Positions 54,125 through 64,000 of a stretch of 64,000 nt of DNA are shown here, piece after piece (position 1 is the stretch's first letter; each line of letters opens with the position of its first letter). The stretch is from Patescibacteria group bacterium (GTDB lineage: Bacteria; Patescibacteriota; Minisyncoccia; Phycocordibacterales; UBA9973). The position numbers and the translations under genes were made by a program. The notes beneath the pieces were generated by a model. It worked only from the letters and a program-made list of their open reading frames with translations. It had not been told where the DNA came from and did not search any database. The stretch lies in the NCBI GenBank assembly GCA_028865035.1, contig JAGWLB010000001.1, positions 99,668 through 163,667 of the forward strand, written 5' to 3'.

Positions 54125-56266
54125 ATGGAAAGAGATTATCCTTTAGAGAAAGTTAGAAATTTTGGAATTATTGCCCACATTGATGCAGGTAAGACTACAA
54201 CTACCGAGCGTGTTCTTTACTATACTGGTGTGTCACACAAGATAGGTGAAGTTCACGATGGTGAGACTACGACAGACTGGATGGAGCAAGAAAAAGAGCG
54301 TGGCATCACTATTACTTCAGCTGCAGTAACTTGTTTCTGGACACCTACATATGCTCTCGCAGATAAAAATAAAAAAAATCGTTTTAATATTATTGACACC
54401 CCTGGTCACATCGACTTTACGGTAGAAGTAAAAAGATCACTTCGTGTTCTTGATGGCGCTGTGGTTGTATTTGATGGTGTTGCTGGTGTAGAACCACAAT
54501 CAGAGACGAACTGGCGCTATGCCGATGAAGCTCAAGTTCCTCGTATATGTTTTATCAACAAACTTGATCGTACAGGTGCTTCTTTTGAGCATTCATATAA
54601 AACTATTCTTGACCGTTTAAATAAAAATGCTGTTCGTATGCAGATACCTATTGGGTTGGAAGAGAACCACGAAGGAGTTATCGATCTGCTTCGTATGAAA
54701 GCTTACTATTTTGAAGGTACTATGGGTAACTTAGTCGTTGAAAAAGACATACCTGAGAATCTATTAGCTGATGCAGAAAAGTATCATGCTGAGCTTATTG
54801 AGAAAATCGTTGAACAAGATGATCAAGTGATGAGTGATTACTTAGAAGGTAAGACTCCAGACTTAGATACACTAAAGAAGCTAATGCGTAAAGCTGTTAT
54901 TGCGAATAAGCTTTTCCCGGTTTTTGCTGGTAGTGCTCTGAAGAACAAAGGTGTACAGCTTGTACTTGATGCAGTTGTTGATTATCTTCCAAGTCCTCTC
55001 GATATTCCTGCTATTCAAGGTATAAATCCTGATACAGATGAAGTTATGGAGCGTCATGCATCTGACAGCGAACCATTCTCTGCATTAGCATTTAAAGTTG
55101 CTACCGATCCATTCGTTGGCCAAATAATATTCTTCCGTGTGTACTCTGGTACTGTTTCTGCTGGAAGTTATGTTTACAACCCTCGTACTCGTAACAAAGA
55201 ACGCATTGGACGTATTTTAAGAATGCATGCCAACGAACGTGAAGAAGTGAAGAAAGTTTATGCTGGAGAAATAGCTGCCGCAGTAGGTCTAAAAGATACT
55301 GTAACTTCAGATACTCTTTGTGATGAAGAGCATCCTATTGAGTTGTATCGTATTGTTTTCCCTGAACCAGTTATCTCTCTTCGCATCGAACCAAAAACAA
55401 AAGCTGATCAAGAAAAAATGGGTATGGCACTTTCTCGTCTTGTGCAAGAAGATCCTACTTTTCGTGTTACTACTGACCCAGAAACAAATGAGACAATCAT
55501 CGCAGGAATGGGCGAACTACATCTTGAAATCATTGTTGATCGTCTAAAGCGTGAGTTTGCTGTAGAAGCAAATGTCGGTAATCCACAAGTTGCTTATCGT
55601 GAGACTATTACTGGTACATCAAGTGTTGAAGGTAAATACATCAAACAGTCAGGAGGTAGAGGTAACTATGGTCACGTTAAGATCAAAGTTAAACCTATGG
55701 ATCTGTCTGTGAAAGAAGAAGATCTTCCAAAGAATACCAAACGCGAAAAAGGTTTTGAATTTATCAATACTATTAAAGGTGGAGCTATTCCTCAGGAGTA
55801 TATTCCAGCTTGTGAAAAAGGATTTAAAGAAGGTCTCGACAGGGGAGTATTAGCTGGATTCAAGCTTGTGAATGTATCGGTTGAGTTATGGGATGGTTCA
55901 TTCCACGATGTGGACTCAAATGAAATGGCTTTCAAGATAGCGTCTTCTATGGCAGTTCAGGATGCTTGTAAAATAGCAAAGCCAGTTATCTTAGAGCCAA
56001 TGATGAATGTTGAAGTTGTTACTCCAGACAAATTTATGGGTGATGTCACTGGTAGTCTTTCATCAAAGCGTGGTCTTATAGAAGGTATGGAAGATCGCGG
56101 TATGAATCAAGTAGTTAAAGCCATCGTTCCTTTATCTGAAATGTTCGGGTATATGACCACTCTCCGTTCTATGACTGAGGGCCGAGCTGGTTTCACAATG
56201 GAATTCTTGCGTTACGATATTGTTCCACAGAACGTCGCTACTGCTATCATTGAATCTCGCAAATAA
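54125..56266 (+). CDS. fusA: Elongation factor G
   Basis: [32 protein letters not shown]; ~713 aa. Confidence 0.95.
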   Translation: MERDYPLEKVRNFGIIAHIDAGKTTTTERVLYYTGVSHKIGEVHDGETTTDWMEQEKERGITITSAAVTCFWTPTYALADKNKKNRFNIIDTPGHIDFTVEVKRSLRVLDGAVVVFDGVAGVEPQSETNWRYADEAQVPRICFINKLDRTGASFEHSYKTILDRLNKNAVRMQIPIGLEENHEGVIDLLRMKAYYFEGTMGNLVVEKDIPENLLADAEKYHAELIEKIVEQDDQVMSDYLEGKTPDLDTLKKLMRKAVIANKLFPVFAGSALKNKGVQLVLDAVVDYLPSPLDIPAIQGINPDTDEVMERHASDSEPFSALAFKVATDPFVGQIIFFRVYSGTVSAGSYVYNPRTRNKERIGRILRMHANEREEVKKVYAGEIAAAVGLKDTVTSDTLCDEEHPIELYRIVFPEPVISLRIEPKTKADQEKMGMALSRLVQEDPTFRVTTDPETNETIIAGMGELHLEIIVDRLKREFAVEANVGNPQVAYRETITGTSSVEGKYIKQSGGRGNYGHVKIKVKPMDLSVKEEDLPKNTKREKGFEFINTIKGGAIPQEYIPACEKGFKEGLDRGVLAGFKLVNVSVELWDGSFHDVDSNEMAFKIASSMAVQDACKIAKPVILEPMMNVEVVTPDKFMGDVTGSLSSKRGLIEGMEDRGMNQVVKAIVPLSEMFGYMTTLRSMTEGRAGFTMEFLRYDIVPQNVATAIIESRK

Positions 56267-56281
56267 CATTATAAATAAAAT

Positions 56282-56313
56282 AACCTCAGACTTAGTCTGA
56301 GGTTATTTTATTT
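56282..56313 (+). terminator. Rho-independent terminator after fusA
   Basis: AACCTCAGAC-TTA-GTCTGAGGTT followed by ATTTTATTT. Confidence 0.75.
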
Positions 56314-56334
56314 ATATATAATTTAATATACAAT

Positions 56335-58212
56335 ATGTATATGTTATCAAAATTACAAAAAATATTTCACAAATGGACACCGATTATTGTTGGTCTGACT
56401 ATTTTTTGTTCTATTTTCTTATATTTTTATCACCAGATCATTATTATGAACAAGCTTCTGTTTGTTGTACTTGTCGTTTTTTCTATTCCTATATGGATAG
56501 ATATCATTGTAAATATTATAAAGCGTAAGTTCGGCATTGATCTTATCGCCGGTCTTGCTCTTGCTTGTTCTGCTTTACTCGGTCAGTATATTCCTGGAGT
56601 AATTGTTCTTCTGATGCTCTCAGGGGGAGAAGCTCTAGAGACATATGCAATGCTTCGTGCTCGTAAATCTTTATCTTCACTACTATCTTTAATACCATCC
56701 AAAGCACACGTTAAAAAAGATGGCGGTATAGTCGAAGTTGAAAGTCGTGAAGTAACTACAGGGACTGTTATCTTAGTTAAAGCAGGTGAAGTAATACCTG
56801 TCGATGGGGTAGTTGAAGGTGGAGAATCTTTTGTAGATGAATCTATTATGACAGGTGAATCTATGCCAGTGAAGAAAAGTAAAGGATCAAATGTTCTAGC
56901 TGGTACTGTAAATACAGACGCGATTTTAGAAATCAGGACAGTTAAAGCTCTTTCTGATAGTAGACTTGAAGGTATCATTAAAATGGTTCGGCAAGCAGAA
57001 GAGAATAAAGCTCCCTTTGTACGTTTAGCTGACAGATACAGTGTGTACTTTACGATTTCCACTCTTGTCATCGCTTTTCTTGCTTGGCTTATATCTGGTG
57101 ATGTTGTGCGCCTGCTAGCCGTTCTTGTGGTTGCTACACCTTGCCCCTTAATACTTGCTACACCGATTGCTTTTATGTCGGGTATGAGCTCGGCTTCGCG
57201 TCGAGGTATTATTGTAAAGAATGGCGGAGCCCTCGAAACGTTAGACAGAGCACGAACTTTTGTTTTCGATAAGACTGGAACCGTGACTCTAGGTACTCCC
57301 AATATCCATACTGTTCATAGTTTCTCATCTTTATCAGATAAAGATGTTATGCGATTATCAGCATCTGTCGACCAGCCATCAGTTCATATCTTAGCTCGTG
57401 CTTTGGTTGAACATATCCAGAAAGACGACAAAGTCCATCTTTCATACCCTGAAAAATTTAAAGAAACATTTGGAGATGGAGTCAGTGGTGAGATAGATGG
57501 AGTAAAATATTTATTTGGCAAGTTGTCTTTCTTGAGAAACTTAGGAGTGAAAATACCTGATGAAGTTTTAAAGAATTATGAAGAAGAAAGAACTGAAGGT
57601 ATAATCCCTGTTTATTTAGCAAAAGACACCGAGCTACTTGGAGCCGTATTTTTCCGTGATGAAGTTCGTAAGGATGCAAAAACACTTTTCACTGGTTTGA
57701 AAAAAAGTGGAGCTAAACGTATTGTTTTGCTATCTGGCGACAAAGAGTTCGTTGCGAAATCTATTGCTGATTCTTTAAACATTAGTGAATACAAAGCTGA
57801 ATGTTTACCAGACGAGAAATTAGACTTCATAAAAAACATTCAAACTAAAGATAAAGAAATAGTAGCGATGGTCGGCGACGGTGTGAATGATTCACCAGCA
57901 ATTGCTCAAGCTGATGTCGGTATTGCTTTAGGTACACACGGGGCTACAGCTGCGAGTGATAGTGCAGATATTGTTATTATTTCTGGCTCCGTAGGACTTG
58001 TTCACGATGCTTATCTGATAGCAAAGCGTTCGCTTGGAGTTGCTCGTGAAGGTATATTTATAGGTATTGGATTATCTTCTGTGTTTATGATTATTGCCCT
58101 TTTCGGTTACCTGGCTCCATTCCTAGGAGCTTTAATACAAGAAGGTATAGATGTTGCTGTTATTCTATATGCTTTACGTGCAGGTATCCCTGTGAAAATA
58201 GATAATAATTAG
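56335..58212 (+). CDS. P1B-type heavy-metal-translocating P-type ATPase with a PCP TM6 motif (P1B-5-like) and no N-terminal metal-binding domain
   Basis: ATPCPLILATP in the TM; DKTGTVT phosphorylation site; MVGDGVNDSPA. Confidence 0.75.
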   Translation: MYMLSKLQKIFHKWTPIIVGLTIFCSIFLYFYHQIIIMNKLLFVVLVVFSIPIWIDIIVNIIKRKFGIDLIAGLALACSALLGQYIPGVIVLLMLSGGEALETYAMLRARKSLSSLLSLIPSKAHVKKDGGIVEVESREVTTGTVILVKAGEVIPVDGVVEGGESFVDESIMTGESMPVKKSKGSNVLAGTVNTDAILEIRTVKALSDSRLEGIIKMVRQAEENKAPFVRLADRYSVYFTISTLVIAFLAWLISGDVVRLLAVLVVATPCPLILATPIAFMSGMSSASRRGIIVKNGGALETLDRARTFVFDKTGTVTLGTPNIHTVHSFSSLSDKDVMRLSASVDQPSVHILARALVEHIQKDDKVHLSYPEKFKETFGDGVSGEIDGVKYLFGKLSFLRNLGVKIPDEVLKNYEEERTEGIIPVYLAKDTELLGAVFFRDEVRKDAKTLFTGLKKSGAKRIVLLSGDKEFVAKSIADSLNISEYKAECLPDEKLDFIKNIQTKDKEIVAMVGDGVNDSPAIAQADVGIALGTHGATAASDSADIVIISGSVGLVHDAYLIAKRSLGVAREGIFIGIGLSSVFMIIALFGYLAPFLGALIQEGIDVAVILYALRAGIPVKIDNN

Positions 58213-58235
58213 ATATTCTCTAATCCTCAGAAAAA

Positions 58236-58244
58236 TGCTATAAT
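58236..58244 (+). promoter_or_regulatory. Extended -10 promoter (TGcTATAAT) for the FKBP gene
   Basis: 28 nt upstream of the ATG at 58273. Confidence 0.4.
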
Positions 58245-58272
58245 ACAAGGTATATTAGTTAACTTTTTAAAT

Positions 58273-58854
58273 ATGCAAAACGAAAAAGGAAATATAAGTG
58301 TTATAGTTTCTTTAGTTATTGTTGTGGCTTTCGTGGGTTTCATTATTTTTATGCTTTTAAACAATAAGCTAAATGTTACTCCTACTGATAATACAACAAT
58401 AAATAAGACAACACAGCAAGACAATATTAATACTAACCAGACTGATACCACTCAGTCAAAACCAATTGAAAAACCTATGGATACAAATAAAAGATTATTA
58501 CAAAACTTTACCCCAGTTTCAAAAGTAGATTCCCTACAGAAAACTGATTTAGTAGTTGGTACCGGTGCTGAAGTTAAGCCAGGAGACACAGTAAGTGTCC
58601 AATACACAGGAGCCGTGGCTGCGACTGGAGAGATATTCCAAAGTTCAAAAGATTTTGGTACAGCCCCTGTTACATTCCCACTATCAGGAGTTATTAAAGG
58701 TTGGACCGATGGTATTCCAGGTATGAAAGTTGGTGGTACACGTAGACTTTTAATCCCAGCAGCTGAAGCTTACGGAGCTACACCACCACCAGGCTCAGGT
58801 ATACCTGCTAATGCAGATCTAGTCTTTGATGTTGAGTTAGTCGGAATAAAATAA
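58273..58854 (+). CDS. Membrane-anchored FKBP-type peptidyl-prolyl cis-trans isomerase
   Basis: C-terminal FKBP domain DLVVGTGAEVKPGDTVSVQYTG...GVIKGWTDGIPGMKVGGTRRLLIP...LVFDVELV. Confidence 0.8.
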   Translation: MQNEKGNISVIVSLVIVVAFVGFIIFMLLNNKLNVTPTDNTTINKTTQQDNINTNQTDTTQSKPIEKPMDTNKRLLQNFTPVSKVDSLQKTDLVVGTGAEVKPGDTVSVQYTGAVAATGEIFQSSKDFGTAPVTFPLSGVIKGWTDGIPGMKVGGTRRLLIPAAEAYGATPPPGSGIPANADLVFDVELVGIK

Positions 58855-58863
58855 ATAAAATTT

Positions 58864-60366
58864 ATGGACAAGAAAAAATTACCATACCTAAAGAGAATAT
58901 TTAAAAAAAAGCGTACTTGGATTATTCTCGGTATTGTAGTAATTCTTCTTTCTTATTTCATTTTTAGACCTAAAGACAATTCTAAGAATATTGTTAGTGA
59001 TTTTGTTAAGTACGCCAATCTTAGCCAGACCGTATTAGCGACAGGCCAAGTAACCTCTGATACAGATTTAAATTTATCTTTTAATTCGAGTGGAATTGTT
59101 AGAACGTTGAATGTATCTGTTGGGGACAAAGTTTACGCTGGACAAGTATTAGCTACCATAGATCAAGGGGCTCAACTTGCTGCTCTTACTCAGGCTCGTG
59201 GCGCATTGGCTGCTGCTCAAGCCCGACTTCAGAAAACTCTAGACGGTGCTTCAAATGAAGACATAAGACTTGCTCAAGTTAACCTCGACCAAACAAAATT
59301 AACTCAAGATATTTTAGTTAAAAATGCTTACAAGAATTTATTAAACTCTACTCCTCAGGCAGTTCCTGAAGGTGGAGTCAGTGACTACACTGCTCCTACT
59401 ATAAGTGGTACATATAATGGTGATCAAGAAGGTACTATTAAGGTAAATGTCTATGCCACTGGTAGTGGCTCTAGTTTTTCCGTCTCGGGTCTTGCTTCTG
59501 GATCTGGTGTAGTGACAACTACAACCCCACAACCTTTAGGGAATTCAGGTTTATACATTAAGTTTCCATCATTAACCAACAACAATGTTTCAAGTTGGGT
59601 TATTATTTTGCCCAACAAACAAGCACCTGACTATTTGGTGAATAAAAATGCTTACGAGACAGCCCTTTCACAAGCGCAGTTATCTATAAGCCAACTTCAA
59701 GCAACTCTCGATCTAAAGAAAGCTCAAGCTAGACAGCCTGATATTGATTTAGCAAAAGCAGATATTGTTACAGCCGAAGGTCAAGTTCAAGCGGCTCAAG
59801 CTAAATACGATGACACTATTATAAGAGCACCTGTAAGTGGCACTATCACAAGTGTTGATATCAAGCTCGGAGAGTTAGCTACTGCTTTGAATGAAGCTAT
59901 TGTTCTTCAAGATGTATCGAATATGTATCTCGAGACGAATATTAATGAAGCAAATATTGCTAGTGTAAAAGTAGGAATGCCTGTAGATGTGAATTTCGAT
60001 GCATTCGGAACTGATAAAAACTTTAAGGGGACAGTAGTGAAGATTGACCCATCATCGACTCTCATATCAGGAGTTGTAAATTATAAATTAGATGCAAGTA
60101 TTGAGAAAATACCAGGTTTGAAACCCGGTATGACAGCTAATATGACTATCAAGGTTCAAAGTAAAGATCATGTCTTAGTCGTACCTTCTCGAGCAATTCT
60201 GACTGATAAGAATAACAAAGAGACTGTTCGTCTGATAACAAATACAAAAACAAAAGCATACAAAGAAGTTCCTGTTACTACTGGTCTTGTTGGTGATGGT
60301 GGTATGGTTGAAGTAACTAGTGGTTTATCTGATGGTGAGGAGATTGTTGTTCTTGTGAAATCATAA
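58864..60366 (+). CDS. HlyD/MacA-family periplasmic adaptor (membrane fusion protein)
   Basis: N-terminal TM helix; biotinyl-lipoyl-like VSVGDKVYAGQVLATID...IRAPVSGTIT; coiled-coil segment. Confidence 0.7.
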   Translation: MDKKKLPYLKRIFKKKRTWIILGIVVILLSYFIFRPKDNSKNIVSDFVKYANLSQTVLATGQVTSDTDLNLSFNSSGIVRTLNVSVGDKVYAGQVLATIDQGAQLAALTQARGALAAAQARLQKTLDGASNEDIRLAQVNLDQTKLTQDILVKNAYKNLLNSTPQAVPEGGVSDYTAPTISGTYNGDQEGTIKVNVYATGSGSSFSVSGLASGSGVVTTTTPQPLGNSGLYIKFPSLTNNNVSSWVIILPNKQAPDYLVNKNAYETALSQAQLSISQLQATLDLKKAQARQPDIDLAKADIVTAEGQVQAAQAKYDDTIIRAPVSGTITSVDIKLGELATALNEAIVLQDVSNMYLETNINEANIASVKVGMPVDVNFDAFGTDKNFKGTVVKIDPSSTLISGVVNYKLDASIEKIPGLKPGMTANMTIKVQSKDHVLVVPSRAILTDKNNKETVRLITNTKTKAYKEVPVTTGLVGDGGMVEVTSGLSDGEEIVVLVKS

Positions 60367-60368
60367 TT

Positions 60369-61082
60369 ATGTTAATAGATCTCAAAGATATTGTTAAAGA
60401 CTACGACAATGGTGGTATCATCACTCACGTTTTGAAAGGTGTTAATTTGTCGATTGATGAAGGTGAGTTTGTGGCTATTATGGGTCCCTCTGGATCTGGT
60501 AAATCCACTCTTATGCACACCATAGGATTTCTTGATAGGCCAACCAGCGGAGAATATTTCTTTGATGGACAAAATACAAAAGATTTCGACGACGACGACT
60601 TGGCTCATATTCGGAATGAACGTATCGGATTTGTTTTTCAATCGTTCAATCTTTTACCCAGAACAACTGTTATAGATAATGTTATGTTGCCACTTCTTTA
60701 TAGCAATATTAAAACAGGGCATAGACATAAAGCCAAAGTTGCCCTAGAAGCGGTAGGGCTTGGCGACCGTATAGATTTTATGAGTAATCAGATATCTGGT
60801 GGACAGAAGCAACGTGTCGCTATTGCTCGCGCACTTGTCTGTAATCCGAAAGTTTTATTTGCTGATGAGCCGACTGGTAACCTTGATTCAAAAAGTGGTT
60901 CGACTGTTATGAGTATTCTAGAACAACTAAACAAAGAAGGTCGCACTGTTATACTCGTGACTCACGATATGAATGTAGCCCTTCACGCTCATAGGATAGT
61001 GACTATCAAAGATGGAGAAATAATTTCTGATAAGAAAGTAGACGCCAAAGACCGTATCCATTCAAAAATAATTTCGGATTAG
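60369..61082 (+). CDS. ABC transporter ATP-binding protein (MacB/LolD-type)
   Basis: Walker [10 protein letters not shown]; signature [15 protein letters not shown]; Walker [12 protein letters not shown]. Confidence 0.9.
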   Translation: MLIDLKDIVKDYDNGGIITHVLKGVNLSIDEGEFVAIMGPSGSGKSTLMHTIGFLDRPTSGEYFFDGQNTKDFDDDDLAHIRNERIGFVFQSFNLLPRTTVIDNVMLPLLYSNIKTGHRHKAKVALEAVGLGDRIDFMSNQISGGQKQRVAIARALVCNPKVLFADEPTGNLDSKSGSTVMSILEQLNKEGRTVILVTHDMNVALHAHRIVTIKDGEIISDKKVDAKDRIHSKIISD

Positions 61083-61084
61083 CT

Positions 61085-62350
61085 ATGAATAGTTTCTTTT
61101 TAAATATTGAAAGAACAATTAAAAACCTTCTCTCCAGGAAAGGCAGGTCATTCTTAACAGTTCTAGGAATTGTTATTGGAGTCTCTGGTGTAATTATTAT
61201 TATTTCTTTAGGGGCTGGTGCTCAGACACTTGTCTTAGGGCAGATCACTAAGCTTGGTTCAAATATTGTCGGAGTCCTTCCAGGTAAAAGTAACGAGAAA
61301 GGTCCACCCGCAGCAGTCTTTGGTGTTCAAGTGAAGACTCTTGTGCTTGCTGATGCTAATGCGATTAAAGATAAGAATAAAGTACCTCACGCGACGGCAG
61401 TAGCTTCTTTTGTTAGAGGGAATGTCACTGTTATCTCTGGTCGTCAGAGTGTCGACACGAGTTTTACTGCTACCGATGGTAGTTATCCTCAAGTCCAAAA
61501 TGTAGAAATGGATCACGGTTCATTTTTTACAAATGAAGAAAGCCAAGCCGGAGCAAATGTTATAGTTTTAGGTTATGATGTTTACCAAGCATTATTTCCA
61601 AATGGGGGAGATATGGGTGCGATAGTGAAGTTGAAGTCACCGAACAACGATATTGGCAGTATTCCATTTAGAGTTATCGGAGTTCAGAAGAAGTTGGGTA
61701 CTGTCGCATTCCAGAATCAAGATGATCAAGTTTTCATACCGTTCTCGATAGGTCAGCGTCAATTACTTGGAATAAATTATATCCAGTTCATCCGTATCAA
61801 AGTTGATAACGCCGATAATTTACCATCAACGATGGAAGATATTAAGAATGTTCTTCGTTCACAGCATCGTATTACTGATCCGAATAATGACGATTTCTCT
61901 GTTCGCGATTTGGCTGATGCGATAAAAATTCTGACAAGTATTACCGATGCCTTGCGTATGTTCTTGGGTCTTATGGCTGGTATCTCACTTGTTGTCGGAG
62001 GTATTGGTATTATGAATATTATGCTTGTGACTGTCTCTGAAAGAACACGGGAGATAGGTCTACGTAAATCCATAGGTGCTACTAGTAAGCAGATCAGGAA
62101 TCAATTCTTGCTTGAAGCTGTTGTCCTAACTTTCGCCGGTGGCATCATCGGTATCGTTGTCGGAGTACTTATCTCTTATATCCTTGCTTTAGGTGTGAGG
62201 TATTTTGGTTATGATTGGTCGTTCATTATCTCACCATTGTCCATTATTCTAGCTGTTCTTTTTTCTGTTATTACTGGAGTTATCTTTGGATTATATCCAG
62301 CCTTAAAGGCCGCCAAGTTAGACCCTATTGTTGCACTACGTTATGAATAA
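61085..62350 (+). CDS. ABC transporter permease, FtsX/MacB family
   Basis: MacB_PCD-like periplasmic domain plus a C-terminal FtsX 3-TM bundle. Confidence 0.75.
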   Translation: MNSFFLNIERTIKNLLSRKGRSFLTVLGIVIGVSGVIIIISLGAGAQTLVLGQITKLGSNIVGVLPGKSNEKGPPAAVFGVQVKTLVLADANAIKDKNKVPHATAVASFVRGNVTVISGRQSVDTSFTATDGSYPQVQNVEMDHGSFFTNEESQAGANVIVLGYDVYQALFPNGGDMGAIVKLKSPNNDIGSIPFRVIGVQKKLGTVAFQNQDDQVFIPFSIGQRQLLGINYIQFIRIKVDNADNLPSTMEDIKNVLRSQHRITDPNNDDFSVRDLADAIKILTSITDALRMFLGLMAGISLVVGGIGIMNIMLVTVSERTREIGLRKSIGATSKQIRNQFLLEAVVLTFAGGIIGIVVGVLISYILALGVRYFGYDWSFIISPLSIILAVLFSVITGVIFGLYPALKAAKLDPIVALRYE

Positions 62351-63602
62351 ATATTTTCAACAAGCCCTAAAAGGTATAAAAGCAAGTCCATCAAGAACTT
62401 TTCTGACGACTCTTGGTATTATGATCGGTATTGGTACTGTCATCCTTGTTCTCTCAGCCGGAGAAGGTTTTAAAAGTTATATCAATGCTCAGATTGATGC
62501 TTTCGGTTCGAACACAGTTATTATCGAGACCTCTGTTCCTCCATCTACCAAAGATCGTTCGAGTGGTCAGTCTTCTAGCACAGCAAATAGTTCTGCGGTG
62601 AATGCGGTACCTATTACGACTCTTAAGAACAGAGACGTAGAAGACATCAAGCAGTTACCAAATGTAAAGAATGCATACGGCGCATCGATTGGTCAGCAGA
62701 TTGCGACTTATGGTAATGTCTCCAAGAATATTTTTGTTTTTGGTGCTGATGCTTCACGTTTTGATATTGATAAAGGTGTCATTGCCAGAGGCCGACCGTA
62801 CACAACAGAAGAAGATAAATCATTATCTCAAGTAGCAGTACTTGGTCACGATATCGCTATAGATTTGTTCGGTGATTCAGATCCTTTAGGTAAATTTGTT
62901 CGCATAGGTAATTATAATTTTGAAGTTATCGGTGTGTATGAGCGACGTGGAAGTTTTGGTTTCTCGAACGATGATGAGCAGATTTTTATACCTATTAGTA
63001 CTCTCCAAAAGAAAATACTAGGTACAGATTATTTATTATACTCAGTAGTAGAGTTAGTCGATAATAACAAAGCAGATACTACTGCACTAGATATATCAGA
63101 TATCTTGCGACGCAATCATTACATTACAAATCCAGCGCAAGACGATTTTAAGGTTTCTACTCAAGCTGAAAGCTTAGCTACTTTTAATACTATTCTGCAA
63201 GCTATAACATACTTACTGATAGCCATCGCTTGCATCTCTCTTGTTGTTGGTGGGGTAGGAGTGATGAATATTATGTACGTTGTTGTCACTGAGCGTATCG
63301 GCGAGATAGGTTTGAAGAAAGCTCTAGGTGCTCGACATAAAGATATTTTATATGAATTTCTTATCGAAGCCATTCTTCTTACTCTCATCGGTGGTGTTAT
63401 CGGTATCATCGGGGGGATATTCTTATCTTTTATAGTTTCTAAGATTGCTCAGAGTTTCGGCCTCACTTGGAAGTTAATAGTTCCTATCTCTAGTATTATT
63501 ATTTCTGTTTCTGTTTCGATGATTATTGGCGTTGTTTTTGGAGTTTTCCCAGCGCGTAATGCTGCAAAGTTAAACCCGATCGAAGCTCTAAATAAGGAAT
63601 AA
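62343..63602 (+). CDS. Second FtsX/MacB-family ABC permease; start overlaps the previous stop (ATGAATAA)
   Basis: Same architecture as the preceding permease. Confidence 0.75.
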   Translation: MNKYFQQALKGIKASPSRTFLTTLGIMIGIGTVILVLSAGEGFKSYINAQIDAFGSNTVIIETSVPPSTKDRSSGQSSSTANSSAVNAVPITTLKNRDVEDIKQLPNVKNAYGASIGQQIATYGNVSKNIFVFGADASRFDIDKGVIARGRPYTTEEDKSLSQVAVLGHDIAIDLFGDSDPLGKFVRIGNYNFEVIGVYERRGSFGFSNDDEQIFIPISTLQKKILGTDYLLYSVVELVDNNKADTTALDISDILRRNHYITNPAQDDFKVSTQAESLATFNTILQAITYLLIAIACISLVVGGVGVMNIMYVVVTERIGEIGLKKALGARHKDILYEFLIEAILLTLIGGVIGIIGGIFLSFIVSKIAQSFGLTWKLIVPISSIIISVSVSMIIGVVFGVFPARNAAKLNPIEALNKE

Positions 63603-63658
63603 AAAATACCCTCACTATTTATATAGCAAGGGTAATCTGCTTTTTGCTTTCCAACTTT

Positions 63659-64000
63659 TCAATTATAAATTCGAGCACTTTTGTCAATTTGCTCAATCTT
63701 GTCTCGGTGAAACAGATTAGGGTTACTCGATACCCATTCCCTCACTGATGCATGGTGCTGGAAATCATATGTATCCACGAGTGGTCGTTCTGTTACTTTA
63801 CTATTCTGTTCTCTTAATTTGTAGTTAAAAAAACCATAATGGAATGCGCTAAAGATATCCGTACAGCGAATATTAGCATTTCCAAGTTTGTAAAGAGACT
63901 CAACCATCCGGTTACCGGTATTAACAACATCCATTATGAGTGCCACTTGTTCGTGTTCCCTTAAGTGGATATTTTTGTATCCACCATGAATTTCTGGCAG
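63659..64000 (-). CDS. Phosphoribosyltransferase-domain protein, C-terminal part (the frame is open to the window edge, so the 5' end is outside)
   Basis: PRPP-binding-like VALIMDVVNTGNRMVESL motif; the GTG at 63946 is internal. Confidence 0.35.
   Translation of the reverse strand: MPEIHGGYKNIHLREHEQVALIMDVVNTGNRMVESLYKLGNANIRCTDIFSAFHYGFFNYKLREQNSKVTERPLVDTYDFQHHASVREWVSSNPNLFHRDKIEQIDKSARIYN

Noticed and set aside
1-64000. Alternative genetic code (UGA recoding as in Gracilibacteria/SR1) and CRISPR arrays
   Set aside because: fusA, nrdJ, rpsL/rpsG, pgk and tpiA are full length and colinear under the standard code, with normal stops. All repeats found are intragenic coding repeats or terminator palindromes; no spacer-repeat array.

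Overview
The window is a 64 kb AT-rich bacterial chromosomal segment with compact, mostly plus-strand gene packing. Standard code 11 is adequate, because fusA, nrdJ, rpsL and rpsG are full length. There are about 60 protein-coding genes, four tRNAs and no rRNA or CRISPR array. The small genes, Lys-rich N-termini, type IV pilus genes with giant pilins, GH130 phosphorylases and many orphan membrane proteins suggest a small-genome Patescibacteria/CPR-like organism, but that is inference. Recognisable content: dispersed type IV pilus genes (pilM/N-pilO at the 5' edge, pilB-pilC and a convergent pilin cluster at 29-37 kb); housekeeping genes rluA-family, rplS, msrB/msrA, mscL, tpiA-pgk, recJ-rnhA, a split comEC, sodA, rpmB, rpsL-rpsG-fusA; a cupin/GH130 mannoside-phosphorylase operon; three disulfide-forming proteins (VKOR plus a DsbA-like/DsbB pair); a PCP-motif P1B-type ATPase; and a HlyD/MacB-type ABC efflux module. 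The most interesting part is an apparent cobalamin-scavenging island directly after the AdoCbl-dependent class II RNR nrdJ: an ECF-S-like membrane protein, a candidate cobalamin riboswitch, a DUF4430 B12-binding-type protein and a 901-aa surface protein with prenyltransferase-like toroid repeats. Other things worth a look: a tRNA-His followed by a tRNA-His-like terminal duplication next to a leaderless Cys-rich zinc-ribbon protein and an ANT(2'')-family nucleotidyltransferase; two >1000-aa fibre/adhesin-like proteins, one with YadA-like head repeats plus an S74 intramolecular-chaperone domain; an orphan gene inserted with its own terminators between rpsG and fusA; a GH130 enzyme with a ~70-aa polylysine N-terminal tail; and MscL with a C-terminal Cys4 zinc ribbon. 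All family assignments are from reading motifs by eye; no searches were run.
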